A stretch of DNA of 62,952 bases, the filler included, from Octopus bimaculoides (taxonomy: Eukaryota): NCBI RefSeq assembly GCF_001194135.2. It is 7 parts of 7 records of this genome, joined end to end, with 100 filler letters (N's around TTAATTAATTAA, not from the genome) between each part and the next. Parts side by side here need not be neighbours in the genome. Positions count along the whole stretch, not along the records: positions 61,583 to 62,952 come from NC_068994.1; 6 more parts are not named here. The stretch is one strand, 5' to 3'. The notes under the pieces are model-generated. The model saw only the letters and a program-made list of their open reading frames with translations, had not been told where the DNA came from and did not search any database. The translations under genes were made by a program, and so were the position numbers. Position 1 is the first letter of the stretch. The number at the start of each line of letters is the position of its first letter. Positions 61,610-62,952 of this stretch are shown here, piece after piece.

Positions 61610-62937
61610 CAAATTTTGAACTTGAGGAAAATATTACATATTTCAACTGTTCCGCTTCGAAATTTTTTTATAATGTATGTGTTAGCTTGTTGATTTCTTC
61701 TGAAAACTGGTTTTTCCAGACTCCAAGTGACAAAATCAAGTGCTCCAATTATCATTGGTATAAATGTGAATTTATAATCTCGGTTTCGAAGCTGTTGCTC
61801 ATATTTATCCTCCTTCTCTTTGGTTTTCGAAGAGATGTTCATATCAACATGGCGGCTGATCCAAGATGGTGCATACTTTTTCTTGTCTGTCTCAAACAAT
61901 ATATCCGGCCTATTATGTAGAAATTTTGATTTTAGTGACAGGATCATGCCACATTAAGAAGTAATACCTCGATGGCATTTTCGGGCAATTACTGACCGCA
62001 TGTGTGATGTCGTCCAGAGCAATATAACATAATCAACATTTTTGCTTGCATCTTGAGGACTCATGGACTTAAATGTCTCTCTTAAGAGATATTTTGTAGC
62101 AATGTTCTGTTCTTGGATAGCAAATGTATACTCGTCGAAGTGTGATGCGATGTAGCAGCCATGATTCCAAGAGGGGCAGTACTTTTCATGTCGATATTAG
62201 CATCAGCTTTAAATCTTCGAGAAATATTCCTATGTATAATCTTTTTTGGTAAGGTGAGCGTCTTTTCTGAAATATGGTATTGCAGTTATTTGGGGATTGT
62301 ACGGGAGGTCATCGGGAAGAAAGTACTTTCAGAAGAACTCATTGCAGACACAGAAGATGTTCTCTTCGCTTTTCGGTACTAAGTTTATATACTTATTTTT
62401 GCTACGGTCTGAGAGATATGAAACGACATCCAAAGGCTGTCTGCACTGATCTCATGCCTCTATCTCATTCATCTCTTCATAGATATAGCCTGTCAATATC
62501 ACGGTTTCTCCAGACGTTTCCAGTTGATATCAGGATCTTACAGGCTTTGATGTCTATGGAGTGAATTTCCTTTATAGACCAGTCAAATGGCATTAGCGTT
62601 AGCACTGCGAATACATTGTGGGATACTGTCTGGTTATAAGAGGAGAGTTCCGTCTGCCGAGTCTGCCGTAATACTCTTGGATAATTTTATCGCTATTTAC
62701 AGCACCTTCATATGATGTTTCCATCAATACCTAGGTATTTTTAGCATTCTCTGTGTGGAACAGGAGAGACAAAGAGACCGGTGATGCTCAGATTCTAGGT
62801 TTGATTTTCCTTGTTCAACAATCAAATACGAATATTTCTTTTGGCTTAATTGCATTCCTATGTCAGCTGAAAATGTTATTAACTCCAGCTGTTTTTTGAC
62901 ACTGCAAATATTTTTAGCATAGGTCATACATACATTA
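61610..62937 (-). mobile_element. R2/R4/NeSL-type non-LTR retrotransposon (RT C-terminus, CCHC knuckle, restriction-like endonuclease), decayed
   Basis: Minus strand reads YAKN..KQLELITFSADIGM...; DWSIKEIHSIDIKACKIL..TGN...DIDRLY; SHFDEYTFAIQEQNIATKYL; DITHAVSNCPKMPSRYY..WHD; HNRPDILF..DKK...EKEDKY...FIPMIIGALD...GTVEIC. Confidence 0.9.
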
Positions 62938-62952
62938 AACACACACACACAC

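Overview
Eukaryotic, AT-rich, repeat-dominated genomic DNA from a fragmented assembly. About 6.9 kb (~11%) is N, and six artificial N44-TTAATTAATTAA-N44 spacers join at least seven segments. The SINE families and extreme microsatellite density look like an octopus genome (inferred from my recall of these repeats, not verified). I recognise no intact protein-coding gene; nearly all ORF-track entries are microsatellite or N-gap artefacts. Supported content: decayed autonomous elements (two Penelope-like RT fragments of different type, an RTE LINE, two R2/R4/NeSL-type RLE LINE fragments, one hAT and three Tc1/mariner remnants), three LTRs (two complete solo LTRs with TG..CA ends and 4-bp TSDs), non-autonomous Helitrons, MITEs, dozens of tRNA-derived SINE copies and several minisatellites. 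The most interesting signals are minimal hammerhead-ribozyme-like motifs with palindromic stem III in several different small repeats, one apparently fused to a tRNA-headed SINE. Also notable are a perfect template-switch-like inverted SINE duplication, a minisatellite born from a SINE terminus, and solo LTRs carrying NRF1/ETS-type promoter motifs. Weak candidates for host-gene parts are a terminal exon at 3651, an internal exon at 9620 and a promoter near 38250. I see no convincing new multi-gene system.
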